Source of the DNA: Chiloscyllium plagiosum
Lineage: Eukaryota
DNA: 64,000 nt
Reading direction: 5' to 3'
NCBI RefSeq assembly: GCF_004010195.1
Contig: NC_057731.1
Location: forward strand, 9,840,273-9,904,272
The notes under the pieces: model-generated
The model's database searches: none
Seen by the model: only the letters and a program-made list of their open reading frames with translations
What the model was told of the DNA's origin: nothing
Part shown: piece after piece, positions 26,221 to 40,129 of the stretch
How the letters are laid out: every line of letters starts with the position of its first letter
Position numbering within the stretch: position 1 is the first letter of the stretch
Program-made: the position numbers and the translations under genes

Positions 26221-27289
26221 GCAAAAATTATATGCCTCAAATACCACAAAATTTATTGTATTAAGCTATCCAATTTTTAAGATTTAAATTACATGTTGTT
26301 CAATCAAATGGATGCATGAAATATCAACAATTAATTCAATTCCGAGTCACTGACCCTCAATGACTCTGATCTACTGCAATGTCTGGGTAGTCAGTTGAGA
26401 GTACGAGTGAGAAACCTCTGCTGGTAAGTTTTATTGCATTATTATTGAAGTGTTTTATGCTGTAAATAAAGTGTAACAGTGAGGTGCATACCCCTGCATT
26501 ACATTTCTGTTACTTAACGTATGTTTTTACATTGACTATGAAAACCTCTTGATTATCCAGAATGTTTGATCAACCGGCACTCTCCTGGTCCCATAAGTGC
26601 CAGTTAATAAAGAGTTTGCTGTTTTAGCAAATATCAGAGGAGAATTATCAAACACCATGGAGGAAAGGAGATGAATAGTATATCTAAACATAAGGACGGT
26701 CAAATGATTCGGCTAACCATAACTTTATCATTTAACCATTATGATGGATATGAGGGAGGATCACATGTATATCAATTGCTGCATAAAAGTCAGCACCAAA
26801 GCTTCAGGGGAAGCTTGTGTGACAAATCATCTACATCATTTGTGGAGGTATGGTTGAACAGATTTTGACTTTCCCGACATCACATTCAAAGACTTCTGAT
26901 CTGGTACCAGATGAATCAAAATCACAAAAGGAAACCCATATATTTATGTAGCTGTGTTCAGGACCTCAGAACACTCAAAGCTTTTACACCCAATGAAGCA
27001 TCTTTGAAGTTGTCACTGTTTTTATTAAACTTGCCTGTAGCCAATTTTCACAGCTCCAGCACCCACAAAGAGAAATGTGAAAATGCTGCTTTAGTGATTT
27101 TGATTGAAGGATAATAATTGGCAGGACATCTGCTGTAGGGGATAGCTTGCCAACTGTTCTTCAAAATAAAGGCGTCGGATCATTAATAGAATAGGGTAGA
27201 TAACATGACATCTGCAAGACAGAACTTCCATCATTGCAGCCCCCCCCTTACAACTGCACTGAAATATCTGCCTGGACGTTGTGCTCAAG
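26221..27289. repeat. Local segmental duplication, copy A (paralogous to about 30915-32767)
   Basis: Collinear alignment by eye; includes a small TIR-like MITE remnant (about 26540-26625) and a minus-strand DeuSINE remnant. Confidence 0.9.
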
Positions 27290-30004
27290 GATTCTTGATA
27301 GATTACCAGTGCATCCACTATGTCTGTCACTTGTTTTCCTAATTATCTTCATATCATCAATATATCTGACAATAATAAGCTGTGTCTCTTCATCCAATTC
27401 AATTAATATAAATTGTTACGGTTGAGGGCTGAACCTTGGGGGAAATATAATGTACAGCAATTTAGAGAGCAATTTAATGATTTTCTGCACTCCACAAGAG
27501 TAAGTGTCATCCTATTCCCTCTGCTTCTTCACACTCACAGAACCGCCACTCGCTCTAGCTCTGCTAATACATACCAATTTCATCAAAGTCCATCAACAAT
27601 AACTCTCAATATTGTATGTATCTCAACAGTCTTACCCATGGTATCCTCCAAATTTATCAGCCCTTCCTGCCCTCTGGACTTCATACTCACTTACTGGAGG
27701 TACATTATTATGTCTCCTGCTTATACATCACCATTAATTGTTGTCCTATCCACTTGCCTCATGCAGAATCCCTCTCTCATTGCAGGAGAAATTGATTACA
27801 TATGTTATTCAACATGCTTTGGTGTGATGCTAATGTAGCACAGTGCCATAGAGCAACATATCCACTTGCTTACTTCTCAATGCTATGAAACAAGACAAGT
27901 CACTTGCTTCTTCCTCTGTGTTAAAAAAGCCATACTGGACACAGAGGCTGGCAGCCCCCAGATAAGTGAGTGAATACTGAGATATCAGGCTCAGAGCCAT
28001 TGGTGCAACCTATTTGAATGAGATCCAAGTGTATCCAAACTGATCTGGCAGAAGCATGCAAGTTATAAATGTCTCTGAACACCAAAGTGAAGTCCTAGTG
28101 GGCTGCAATGGTGTGAGAGTTATTCTGAAAATGGCTTGGAGGCATTCAGCCAAAGGTGGAATCTCTCTCAGGCTCCCTTGCACTTTGCCCTCCGCTGCCA
28201 CTCTGCCTCCCCCTGATCCATGGAAGTTTGAGCTGGGGGAGACTGGGTCACTCATCTGTGGCAAATACACTCTCAATACATGTGAGCCATCTGGTAGTAC
28301 TCAGCAAACATGCATTGCCAGTGGGTTTTACTTCTGAGCAGGCTCCTGCGGTGTCAGCTGCACAACCAGGGAGTGCACTAACATGTAGCAGGAGAGAGAG
28401 AACAAAGTAAAACAATCGAGGGTACATTGGTACCATAGGTGAAAAAGGCTCATAGATCACTCTCAGCTTCTGCATGAATGTTCCTGACGTTAACGTTTAT
28501 GTATTTGAGAGTTTCTCTATAGAGGCTATAGACACATCCTTTGGCAGCATTTCTTGGCCTCAGACAAGGCTCCCTGGATGGAGGTCTGTGCTGAGACCCT
28601 ATTGTACCATCTGGAAGCTGAGGGACAATGCAAACACATGGCATTGGGTATGATGACACCTTTATCCTTTGTCGTTTAATGTTTGGCTCCCTCTGTAGTG
28701 CAAAGGTGTAAATGTGAAAGAGTTTTCCAGCAGTAGCTATGTCAGGGATGGCACTATAGGATGGTCAGGGAGTAGGCAGGCTGTGTGCTGTACACTGCAT
28801 GGGCCTGTGAACAATAGTTTTTCCTTCCAAAAGCCCTATCTTTGGTGTTTACTGCAGCCCTCTCCCTCACAGCTTGAGTCACTTATCCTGTCCACTCCAA
28901 ACATACTCACTGCCATTTCCTTCCCCATTGTTCACTTCTGATGTCCAACATGATGGAAGGTGACAGTGAGTGCTCCTCTGCCAGTGGCTTCCAGCATTAG
29001 CCTGATCATGCCCAGTCAGCCCTCAAACACTCCCATACTCTTCCTACTGGTCTATCCCATCAACTTCACACTTCCCCAAGTCCAAACTCAACTCTTCTAC
29101 GTGCCTCTCCACCCCCTGGAATATGAGGTGATCATGCCTGGCGATTTAATTCACTGCAACCCCTCCTTGAACCTATGGTGGTCCTGACCATTGACGACCC
29201 TTATCCAATATTACAGTCTTCCCAGCTTTACTGTATTACTCCCTTACAAATTCCGCTGCCCTCTTCACAATTGGATTTGTAACTGAAGGCCTCAGGGCCA
29301 GAGCAACCTGCCAATGCTTAATCCTGAGGCAATGACTACACTTGTCTTCTCACCGTGCCCCGCCCCTCCCCCCTCCCCTTTCTTAGTTTCAGTGGACAGA
29401 TCTGACACACTAAATGTGACAATTCCTTTGACTGAACTGCTCTGACCAAATATGCTCGGAACCTTCACTGATGCCAATACACCTACCTCAACACCTTAGC
29501 CCAACCCCTCCAGACTTGCTGATACGGAGCTAATGGACCCCCATGACTTATTCGCTGGATCACAGAGGCATGGGCCACTTAACCAGGAAAGCAGTGACCA
29601 AACATATGATAAGGCTGTTCCCTTGATATGGGCAGCTGCTTTGGCTTATTGTGCCAGAATCCCCTGCCTAATATGTGCTCCCATGAGGACTACAGCAAGG
29701 TGTGTGCCTCCTAGACTGAGGGCTACTTTGCAGAAAGGCAAGCATTGCCAGGTAATGCACAGCAGAGATGTTGTGAGCAAACAGGTGGTGTTAAATGAGG
29801 GGGTCATAGGAGAAAATAACCATCTCCAAGATGCAACCTAGCCCAGTCTTCAAGTTGGATTTCAGGCTTTGTGCACAACGTATACCTACTGCAGCCTTCC
29901 ATGCATGTTGCTGGTGTTCCATTGCAAGTACACCGCTTCCAGAACACAATATTTGGGAGTAGTAGGAGTGTCAGGATGGTAGAGTTGGGCTGGTAGATGC
30001 CAAT

Positions 30005-30275
30005 TAGGTAAAAACAATGACTGCAGATGCTGGAAACCAGATTCTGGATGGGGAGAAAGTAGCATAGAGTACAATAGGTGAGTGGGGGAGGGGATGAAGG
30101 TGATAGGTCAGGGAGGAGGTTTCTCCCCACCCCCACCCTCCTCTCATTTATCTCTCCGCCCTTCAGGCACTCTGCCTGTATTCCTGATGAAGGGCTTTTG
30201 CCCGAAACGTCGATTTTACTGCTCCTCGGATGCTGCCTGAACTGCTGTGCTCTTCCAGCACCATTAATCCAGAAT
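30005..30275. mobile_element. Penelope-derived inverted insertion with a 15-bp TSD
   Basis: ctggtagatgccaat at 29990-30004 and 30276-30290; inverted ends ccagattctggat / atccagaatctgg. Confidence 0.85.
30180..30215 (+). ncRNA. Minimal type I hammerhead ribozyme motif, intact core
   Basis: ATTC-CTGATGA-A-GGGC(TTTT)GCCC-GAAAC-GTC-GATT; predicted cleavage after C30211; stem I has one mismatch. Confidence 0.75.
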
Positions 30276-30914
30276 CTGGTAGATGCCAATGTCCGTGAAG
30301 GAGGGGTACATTCAACCCATGCCTGCCCATCATGTCCTTTGCTACAATTTGATCATAGGCAACATGGAGATCATTTGGAGCAAGTTACAGGCTGAATCGG
30401 CCAGGTATGGGTTCAAATTTCCTTATTGAGTTTGCTGGCATCCAGCTTTTTGAAGAGTTTGTTAAGATGGGAGGTTTTATATATTATGAGGTGAGTTGTT
30501 GTGTTAGCGATGTGTTTAACAAGTGTTAATCCATGACAATTAGTATCTTGTCACTGCCTAATGAGAATTCCACTTGTGAAAAGCATAAAAGATGGAGCAA
30601 GATTGTCTCTATGACAAAATTACTGGCTTTCTTGTCCAATTTTGCTACACCTTTTGCCATAATCTCTGTTGTTCAATGCTTTTTAAGATTCCATCCATCA
30701 AACCCATATCTAGCAAAAGACAAACTCCTCTCCCTACTGTGTGTAAAATGTCATGGAACACTTTATTGTTGGCCAAGCAGAGGACAGATGAGCGAGAGTC
30801 TAGAGCATTTGAAATCTTTGAATCTGTTAGTGTAGCAGTTTTGTGGAGGATCAGAGAAGGTACAGCAAATTTTGTTTCAACCAACACATTGTGAATTAGT
30901 ATACTCAATTATCC

Positions 30915-32767
30915 AGTAAAAATTACATTCCTCAAATACCACAAGGTTCACTGTAGTATCCAGTCCAAATTTTTAATTTGTTTACCTCATTGGAAATGTA
31001 CATGTTGTTCAATCAAACAGCTGCACAAAAAATTAACAATTAATTTAATTTTGAGTCAATTTCTCCTCAAATGCTGTGATCTACCATAATGTCCAAGTAG
31101 TCAGTTGAGAGTACAATTGAGAAGACTCTGCTGAGAAGTTCTATTTAAAGCAAAATTGCATAATTATTTAGAACATAGAACATAGAACATAGAAGAATAC
31201 AGCATACTGTCGTCCCTATCTAACCCCCTAATCATCTTGTGCACCTCAGTCAAGTCACCTCTAAACCTTCTTTTCTCTAGTGAAAACAGCCCCAGGTGCC
31301 TCAGTCTTTCCTCATACGATTTTCCTTTCATACCAGGCAACATCCTGGTAAACCTCCTCTGCACCCGTTCCAGTGCCTCCACATCCTTCCTATAGTATGG
31401 CGACCAAAACTGCACACAATATTCCAGATGCGGCCGCACCAGAGTCTTATACAACTGCATCATGACCTCAGGACTCCGGAACTCAATTCCTCTACCAATA
31501 AAAGCCAGTACGCCATATGCCTTCCTCACCGCACTATTTACCTGGGTGGCAACTTTCAGAGATCTGTGTACATGGACACCAAGATCCCTCTGCTTATCCA
31601 CACTACCAAGTATCCGACCATTAGCCCAGTACCCCATCTTTTTGTTATTCTTCCCAAAGTGAATCACCTCACACTTAGCTACATTGAATTCCATTTGCCA
31701 CCTTTCTGCCCAGCTCTGCAGCTTCTCTATATCCTGCTGTAACCTGCCACATCCTTCCTCACTGTCAACAACTCCTCCGACTTTCGTATCATCCGCAAAC
31801 TTGCTCACCCAACCTTCTAACCCCTCCTCCAGGTCATTTATAAAAATGACAAACAGTATAAAAATGACAAACAGCCCACCTTTATGTGACTGTCACATTT
31901 ATGTGACTTATGCTGCAAATAAAGTGTAACAGTGATGTGTACACCCCTGCATTACATGTCTATTACTTAATGTGTTATTACATTGATAAAGTAAACCTCT
32001 TGATTTTCCAGAATATTTGGTCAACTGGCGCTCTCCTGGTCCCACTGGATAATAAAGGGTTTGCTGTATCAGGGAACATCAGAGGAGAATTATCAAACAT
32101 CATAGAGGAATTACAAGTCTGAAAGGAGATGAATAGTATATCTAAATATCAGGAGAATCAAATGATTCAGCTAACCATAACTTCATTGTTTCACCATAAC
32201 TTCATTGTTTCACCATTATGATGGATATGAGGGAGGATCACATGTATATCAATTGCTGCACAAAAGTCAGCACCAAAGCTTCAGGGGAAGCTTGTGTGAC
32301 AAATCATCTCCATCATTTGTGGAGGTATGGTTGAACAGATTTTGACTTTCCCCACATCACATTCAAAGACTTCTGATCTGGTACCAGATGAATCAAAATC
32401 ATAAAATGAAACCCATATATTTATGTAGCTGTGTTCACGACCTCAGAACACCTCAAAGCTTTTACAACCAATGAAGCATCTTTGAAATTGTCACTGTTTT
32501 TATTAAACTTTGCCTGTAGCCAATTTTCACAGCTCCAGCACCCACAAAGAGAAATGTGAAAATGCTGTTTTAGTGATTTTGATTGAATGATAATAATTGG
32601 CAGGACATCTGCTGTAGGGGATAGCTCGCCAACTGTTCTTCAAAATAAAGGCGTCGGATCATTAATAGAATAGGGTAGATAACATGACATCTGCAAGACA
32701 GAACTTCCATCATTGCAGTGCCCCCTTACAACTGCACTGAAATGCCTGCCTGGACTTTGTGCTCAAG
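30915..32767. repeat. Local segmental duplication, copy B, interrupted by a young CR1
   Basis: Same sequence as 26221-27289 once 31170-31875 is removed. Confidence 0.9.
31170..31875 (-). mobile_element. Young 5'-truncated CR1 with an internal deletion near the 3' end
   Basis: Uninterrupted 214-aa ORF SKFADDTKVGG...LYKTLVRPHLEYCVQFWSPY...RGDLTEVHKMIRG that jumps directly to the (tatgttc)n tail. Confidence 0.95.
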
Positions 32768-32810
32768 TCTTTGGACTGGAACTTGAATGCACAATGTTCT
32801 TTCCCTCAGA
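32410..32810 (-). mobile_element. SacSINE1/AmnSINE-like DeuSINE remnant (truncated duplicate at about 26935-27289)
   Basis: Reverse complement of Deu-domain and tail motifs (caatgaagcatctttgaa, agccaattt, gataataattggcaggaca, ttcttcaaaata). Confidence 0.7.
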
Positions 32811-33124
32811 TTTCACTTGAAAATCAGGATTCAACATCAGCCATATGATTAAATGGAGAATGGTTAATTTGTAGTAGGCACAAATTGTTCTGCTGCACCG
32901 GGGACGGAGGATATTATTTCTTAGTTAAGTTAGAATCTCAAGCCACAATGCTTGTCAAATTTTTCAACGGCTGTTTCAGACTTTGTGGTTTAAAACAAAG
33001 GATGTATTTGGATATATGCAATGTAATTTGGACCATCTACACAAATAAACAGATGGTTGACACTTGAAGAACAACTTGAACAACTAAGAACAACTTGAAT
33101 TCAAAACAGGTGGAATAGACTTAT

Positions 33125-33320
33125 GATGTGGAGGTGCTGGTGTTGAACTGGGGTGGACAAAGGTAGAAGTCACACGACACCAGGTTATAATCCAACAGGT
33201 TTATTAGAAATCACAAGATTTTGGAGCACTGCTCCTCCGTTTGGTGAAGTGACATCACCTGATGAAGGAGCAGAGCTCCAAAATCTTAATTTCATGATAA
33301 CTGTTGCACGATAACCTGAA
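33125..33320. mobile_element. Second Penelope family fold-back fragment with decayed hammerheads
   Basis: cacgacaccaggttataatccaacaggtttatt...; acctgatgaaggagcagagctccaaaa (GAAA lost) with an inverted partner. Confidence 0.75.
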
Positions 33321-34714
33321 ATGCAGTTAGTCCAAGGAGATGCAGATGGACACCTGAAAATATAGATCGACTCATCTTTGAATTACCAAGGACTAGGCAT
33401 TGTGGCCAGACAATTACAAAAGCTAATTAAATGATCAAATAGAAGGCTATATATAGTGAAACAACAGAAATTTGGAATACTGGCATTAATTTGTCAACCT
33501 TTGCTCCCATCAAGTAAGGCATCTGTTATGTTCTAAAATGTACCTTTAAACCTTGAAAATGTATTAAGATTTCCATGGTCCAACCAAAACAGTTTTTCTG
33601 ATTGGTTCATATGACTGTGCACTCAAGTGGGGGTGAGAGGGAGAGAAGTGAGATGGAGAGAGTAAACAAATGCTAATTTTAAATCTTTCCCTCAGCTGCA
33701 CTCAGCAAGGCATATTTTGCTGAACTTCCAAAGTTCTCAGCTTTAGTGAAATGCAACATTCATTCATTGGGGAAATTCAGTGCTCCTACAATGCATGCTC
33801 ACCTGAAATGCCTATTCTTTTCCCTCCTCTGTCTTTTGCCCCTCCCACGAGATTTTGTGCACTTGATTGGGAATAAGAGATGATACTCCAACCACTGTAG
33901 ACTTGATGAACCAGCTGTTTTTTTCTTGACTGGCAATTTTTGTAAACTCAGTGGTTGTGAATTATCCAGCAAGATTCTGTATGACTTATTATCATCATAA
34001 CTCATTTACAATTTACAAAACTAAACCAGTTTTGAGTTATCCATATTGCTTCAGGATAACTTATTCGCCATGCAAACTGGTGACTACCGGCTTTCTAAAC
34101 TGCAGACACCTACTGCTTATGGAACCTAGTGATGCAAACTCTAGGCTATACATTAAAATGAGATTCATTAAGAATAATCAAATGTGATCAAAGTGCAATA
34201 GCAAGTGGCTGCTTGACATTTCCAGCATATATTTCTCAATAATGGAAATTACAGCATCCTCTGGTCTATTGCACATATGTTGGTCCTGCGCAATGGACTG
34301 AAGATTAATTTTATTGTATTACCTCTTTCCTCATAACCTTTAATACTTTCCTTGTAATATTTATCAAATCCTTCTGTTAATGTTAAGACTCAATTAAATC
34401 CAGCATCTGTGGTAATGCAATCCCTACTCTAATAACATCATTCCAAATGTTCTAACCAACTCCTTTAATCTTTCAATTCCAGAGGATTTAAGAAATTTAC
34501 AAATAACAAGCAACTAAACCGAATACAGAAATGCCAAACATTATTTTACCTACAAATTCTATCACCAATGAAACCAAAATCTTCTATTGGAATTTTTTTT
34601 GCATATCACTTTTTCCAGCATTTGTTTCTAAACTAAACCCACCTGGAGATTATATTTTGAGTTAATAAATATCTGATGTTTAAAGGCATTATTTATTAAC
34701 AACATTTTTGCTCC

Positions 34715-35500
34715 GATGTCAGAAGTTTCAGAGTTCAAGCCCCACATTGAAGACGTGAGCATATAATCTGTGCTTCAATGCAATGCTGAGTTACGTTCTG
34801 ATTTCAGGAGTTCTGCCTTTCAGATGAAGCCAAGGTAAGATAAGCTGAGGCATATTCTGCTCTCTGCAACCATTAAAGATACAACAACATTATTTTATGA
34901 ATAGGAGAGATAGAGTCATAGAGTCACAGAATTATACAGCATAGAAACAGACCATTCAGTCCAACTCATCCATACTGACCAGATTTCCTAAGTAAATGTA
35001 GTCCTATTTGCCAGAATTTGGCCCAAATCCTTCTAAATCCTTCCTATTCATATACCCATCCAAATATTTTTTAAATGTTAAAATTGTACAAGCATCCACC
35101 ATTTACTCCGACAGCTCATTCCACACATGTCCCAATCTCTGTATAAAAACATTGCCCCTTAGATCCCTTTTAAATCTTTCTCCTCTCACCTTAAGTCTAC
35201 GCCCTCTAGCTTTAGACTCCCATACCCTGGGAAAAAGACTTTGCCTTTTCACCCTATCCATGCCCCTCATGACTTTTTAAGATCTTGTCATGTTCTGGCC
35301 AACATTTGGCTCAAACAGCATTTAGAAACAGATGATCTGCTCATATACTTGTATTTCTTCATGTGAAACCTTGTTAAATGCAAATTGGCCACCATGTATC
35401 CCTACATTATGACAATTACTCGACTTCAAAAATATTTCATTGGTTGTGTATTTTTGTTTTAAGGGCATCCTGAAGTCACAGCAAGCATGATTTCACGGTA
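34715..35500 (+). mobile_element. SacSINE1/AmnSINE-like DeuSINE split by a CR1 3' end (about 34905-35280, minus strand)
   Basis: ctgcctttcagatga, ttaaagat, ctggccaacattt, aacagatgatctg, gcaaattggc, cctacatta, cttcaaaaatatttcattgg occur in the expected order on either side of the CR1. Confidence 0.75.
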
Positions 35501-35864
35501 TTTATTCCTTCTTCTTTTCCTTGGTTAACACTTCTAAGCTGTCAGAAATGTTTTTAGTCTCAAGCTGCTTCTGAAATGTTGCTGTATGTAGATTAGCTGT
35601 CACATTTTCCAATGTAACAGTCACTGTTCTTGAAAGGAATTCATTAAAGGCATAATTCCATTCTTAAGCACTCACAAAGGGAACAATGTTTTTATATTGT
35701 ACATGTACTGAGAGGTGAGGGTAAAACAATACAGTCCTAAATTCTCCAAACTGGGATTTTTTTATGATTGTGCATAATTAACTCTTACATGAGAAATGCA
35801 CTGAGATACACCACATTCTGAAAAGTGTCAAGGCAGTTGAATGAATGTGTGTTTTTATTTGCCG

Positions 35865-36015
35865 AGAGAAATCAGAGTTAACGTTTTGGGTCGAGTGACC
35901 CTTCCTCTGACTTCTCTCCGTAGAGGCTGCCAGACCAGTGAACTTTTCCAGCAATTTTCGTTTTTTGTTTCTGATTTACAGCATCTGCAATTCTTTCTGC
36001 TTTTATACGTTTTTA
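35865..36015. mobile_element. Third Penelope-derived family fragment (related copies about 38780-39015, 40030-40125, 43665-43752, 56340-56480, 59725-59935)
   Basis: gttaacgttttgggtcgagtgacccttcc (minus-strand hammerhead remnant) and gctgccagacc...ccagcaattt..cagcatctgca. Confidence 0.7.
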
Positions 36016-38524
36016 TTTCCTCCTCTGAAACTCTGTCTAAAATTCACTTTCCTCACCAGAAGGATATTTTTGTTTAAAGAGTTGCCATGTTATTATTTCC
36101 ATATTTTGACTTTGTGACTGTCCAGCCTCTTAACTAATGAATTTTTGCGAATTGCTTAACTTTTACCCATGTACCCACTCAGAGGTTTTCTGTGCTATGA
36201 TTAAGAACTCCAATATATGCAACCTGCTATTTGATCTAACAGAATAATCCAACAGTTTTATAGGGAACTTCAAAATGGTTCTGCAGTTATGTTTGCAAAT
36301 TATAAGAGATGAGATTTGGAATGTTAAGAAGATAATATAAGGCAATGCTGCAGGGTGAGGATATGGTATTGAGAATTAAAGTGAGAGGATGACTCAAAAC
36401 ATAGAAAAATAAGGGTCAAAGTATGCACAAATGGTAGAATTAAAAGACAGAATTCAGAAGGCAAACAGATCCCAGGAGTGAATATCCCACACAGTAAGTG
36501 TTGCTGGTCAACCAGTGGCTGGGTCCTCTTTTATTCAATAGTGTCATAGAGGAGGCCAGTGGCTGCTGTTAAAAAAACAACTTCCACATCTCCCCCTATA
36601 TATGTACACACATATATACATTTGTACATGGACACTCACACACATATACACACACCACACCCTAGGTTTCAGCAGCACTATAAACTCAGGACAAATATCA
36701 GTGACTTATCATGGGCTTGGAGATTTCTCTCGTTGGGGGCTGTGGAGAGACAGATTGGTCAAGCCTGGCTGCCAATGAGCACTCCTATGTCCTGTAATGA
36801 TCAGGAACTGAGTGTCTTTAATTGAGGGACCACGCTCCACTTTGTCCCGTTCCCCTGGAGACAGAGCAGTGGTCCTTAAGTAGCCCTTCCTTATGTATTT
36901 AAGGATCACACTTAATGGCAGGCAGACAGTCAATCATGCAGCCTTCACCAGAATAAAATTATGATGGTGTGGAAATGCAGTTTGGGTATGCCACTGCCCC
37001 ATCTACTGAAGTGGCCTTCCTACCTCCAATCTCTCAGAAGATTCTGCACTACATTAGCAATTTAAAAATACAACACTAAAGTATTTCAAAATTAATTTCA
37101 AACCAAGATCAGTAGGTTATTCAATTCACTTTATCACTATTTTAGCTTTGACTTATTTCAAGTGGTTTTTGTGTTTGGTGTACACATTTTTCTCTGAACC
37201 AACATTTACATTTCTACTGCTCACTGCATCCATTAATCAATGTCAGCATGCTCTGTGTTGGACCTGCTGTTCTGGAACTAACAACTTGTAAATTTAAATC
37301 TTCATGATTTTCATACTTAGAATACACACACTGTCATTTTCTTTTTTTTTCAAAATGTTAAGGACATCATAAAGGCAATGCTGTTTTCTTCAAAGACATC
37401 AATCAACAGGAAGAGGATTACAATACATCTTAGAATCTGTAATGTTAAAGATTGTTCAATTAAATAATACCCAATGTATTCAAGCTAAGTCTTCACAACT
37501 CAGGCTCTACAAAATGACTAATTTTATCATTTTTAAGCTTTAACTGATGATGCTACATTTTAACTGTAATCACTCTCACATAGAAAGGTAAATTGGGAAT
37601 TAAACTATAACTACTCCAGTTACATAAACCAGTATAAGCATTAACATCAACAGAAAATGAGTGAAAAAGAAATTATTAATGGCACAGGGAAACTAAACTT
37701 TCACCAGACTAACATTAACCAGACATTTCACATTTAAGATTAGTCTTTCAATTAAGTAATTAAAATATGAAAATATAAATATAAAATGTGTAAATGTAAA
37801 CACAACCTAAGTCTGATTTATTTGAACACAATAGATTTGCCTCTGTTCTGTTAGGAAGTGTTCTATTCCCTGAAAATTAAGTATGCAGGTTGCTGAAGTT
37901 ACTCTCCAATAAGTGACTCGAAGTCTATATATACTGTTTTAATAATCTTCATCCTCCAGTGAGAAAATATACTTAAGAACACTGAGGGTTGAGTTATATG
38001 ACATATATTCCCTTTAAGTATAGTTCCCCGGTGCCTAGGATTGACCAATTTCCTTTAATATCCAGATAAAAGGGTCGAATTTATAATATTTTTCTGCCGG
38101 CATAGGGCTTTGTTCACTCTGAATGCATATCAGAAATTCAGGAATTCTAGGCCTTGCACAATTTTCTCTCTATCAAAATTAAATTAAAGAAAATTCTGTG
38201 AGGTTTGCTGACCTCTGGGCCTGATGATTAAACCTGGCAGAGTTCTGCATCAGGAATACAAATTCATAATATCCTCCTGATGTACAGAAGTATCACATTT
38301 TCATACATTAGTTCCTCACATCATCACAAAAAGCTGCTAACCACAGAAAACGAAATAGGAGATAGTAAGTGATCCCTGGCTTGAAATTATGCATTTCTTA
38401 AATTCAAAAATAGTGATGCTTAAAATGGAACAGTACGCCAAACTAATAAAGGATAGCAAATTGAATTCTGCAAAAAATGAATCTGTGTTAGGCAACATTG
38501 ATCAATAGTAAAATATTAGTATAT

Positions 38525-38735
38525 AGAATCATAGAGATGTACAGCATGGAATCAGACTCTTCCATCCAACTCATTCCATGCTGACCAGATATCCTAAATT
38601 AATCTAATTCCATTTACCAGCATTTGGCCCATATCCTTCTAAACCCTTCCTATTCATGTACCTATCCAGATGCCTTTTAAATGTTGTAAGTGTACTAGCC
38701 TCCACCACTTTCTCTGGTAGCCCATTCCATACTTT
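38525..38735 (-). mobile_element. CR1 3' end fragment
   Basis: Reverse complement of the 3' UTR seen at 6100-6295. Confidence 0.85.
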
Positions 38736-40129
38736 AAATGTTATTGCCTACATAAAGAGTAATAAAAATCCGGTTCCCCAAAAACAAAAAAAAGAATTGC
38801 AGATGTTAGAGATCTGCAACAAACAGAAAGTAACCACCGAAAGTGCTGGAGAAACTCAACAGAAGAAACATCTGTGAAGAAAAGAAGAGTTCATGCTGCG
38901 AGTCCAATGACCATCAGTTCAGACAAAAGGTCACTGGACTTGAAACTTTAACTTTTTTTCTCTCCACAGATGCTGCCAGATCTGTAGAGTTTCCCCAGCA
39001 TTTTTGTTTTTATTTATCGAGTTAGCCATTACTTTAGTTTCCAATTATATTGATGATTGAGGAGACATCAGAAATGATTTTCAACTACTAGTCACCTGAA
39101 ATATGAGCGTCTGGCAGGTAAAGGTCAGACACAGGTGAGATCTCAGCCACCCATTTGTTGTCCAGGACCTTTGCAATGCAGAAAGGCTTGTAAGAGTATG
39201 AGGAGATTTTCCGCGTGTAATAAGTAGGAGGCTGCTTATGAATAATCTCTTACTGCCCTTGCTTGCAGTAGGTCAGATTCCCAGTGATCTGGTGATTGAG
39301 AATATAGATGCATTTGTTTTTGCTGCAATGGTTCACATGTTGAACTAAAGATTGGCAAATTAAATGTCTAAGGTTGATTTGTAGAACAAGTGTGGCTACT
39401 GCAGTATAAACCTGAACGCTCATCTTACATTGAAGAGGAACATAAATCAATTCACGGTAATGCAACAATCAGTATAACTGTACCATACATCATCATATCG
39501 AGCAGCAGATACAAACCAAACAGGGCAATAGCGCAGTACCAGTAGAAGATAAACCACTGAGACACACAATTCAACAATAGTAATCATTCAGAAGAAAACA
39601 GAGGATTGTATAAATTATGAATGGTAGCTGTCTTCTACGCTATGCCACATGGCTGTAAATTGTTATCACTAGATTTAGATAAGTTTCAAACCTTATAAAC
39701 TTTAGTTTTGCAGTCTGTGATAAGATCTGAGCCTTTTAACTGTGTTTCAATTCCATAACATCTTATCTCAACAATGCCCTTGTAATACTCTCCTATGTTG
39801 TACTCGTCAGCCAAGACATGAAATCCTTTAGCTTAGATCATTCAACTAAGTGGGATCAATACAGCAAGTGATACTTTCAATTAATGAAATGAACTAGATC
39901 CTGCATTAAATCACAATATATTGTTTTTAAAGGTAGGGCTAACAAATTGGTCCAGGCATTGCACATGGCAAGTCAAAGGTTACATAATGTGAGAAAGGCA
40001 CTGCAGTGTAAATTTTGAAATGAGCAAAATATTGAAGGTGCTGAAATGAAATTGAAACAACTGTTAAAAATCTGCAGCAGGTTATACAACAGCTATTGGG
40101 ATGAAGACAAAATCAACGTTTCAGATTTT

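Noticed and set aside
27950-29990. GC-richer segment with many overlapping 60-100 aa ORFs
   Set aside because: No motif I could identify; probably a decayed DNA-transposon interior, but not supportable.
29804-30395. ORFs sharing PETSNLL/GCCLTCCA peptides (also 496-837, 43827-44432)
   Set aside because: The recurrent peptide is only the translation of the hammerhead-containing repeat, not a gene family.
33799-34005. Minus-strand ORF ending at a CAG|GTGAG donor-like site
   Set aside because: No cadherin similarity and no supporting acceptor; likely chance.
39445-39560. Short hydrophobic minus-strand peptide WFIFYWYCAIALFGLYLLLDMMMYGTVILIVALP
   Set aside because: Too short, no start or exon context; T-rich DNA readily gives hydrophobic translations.
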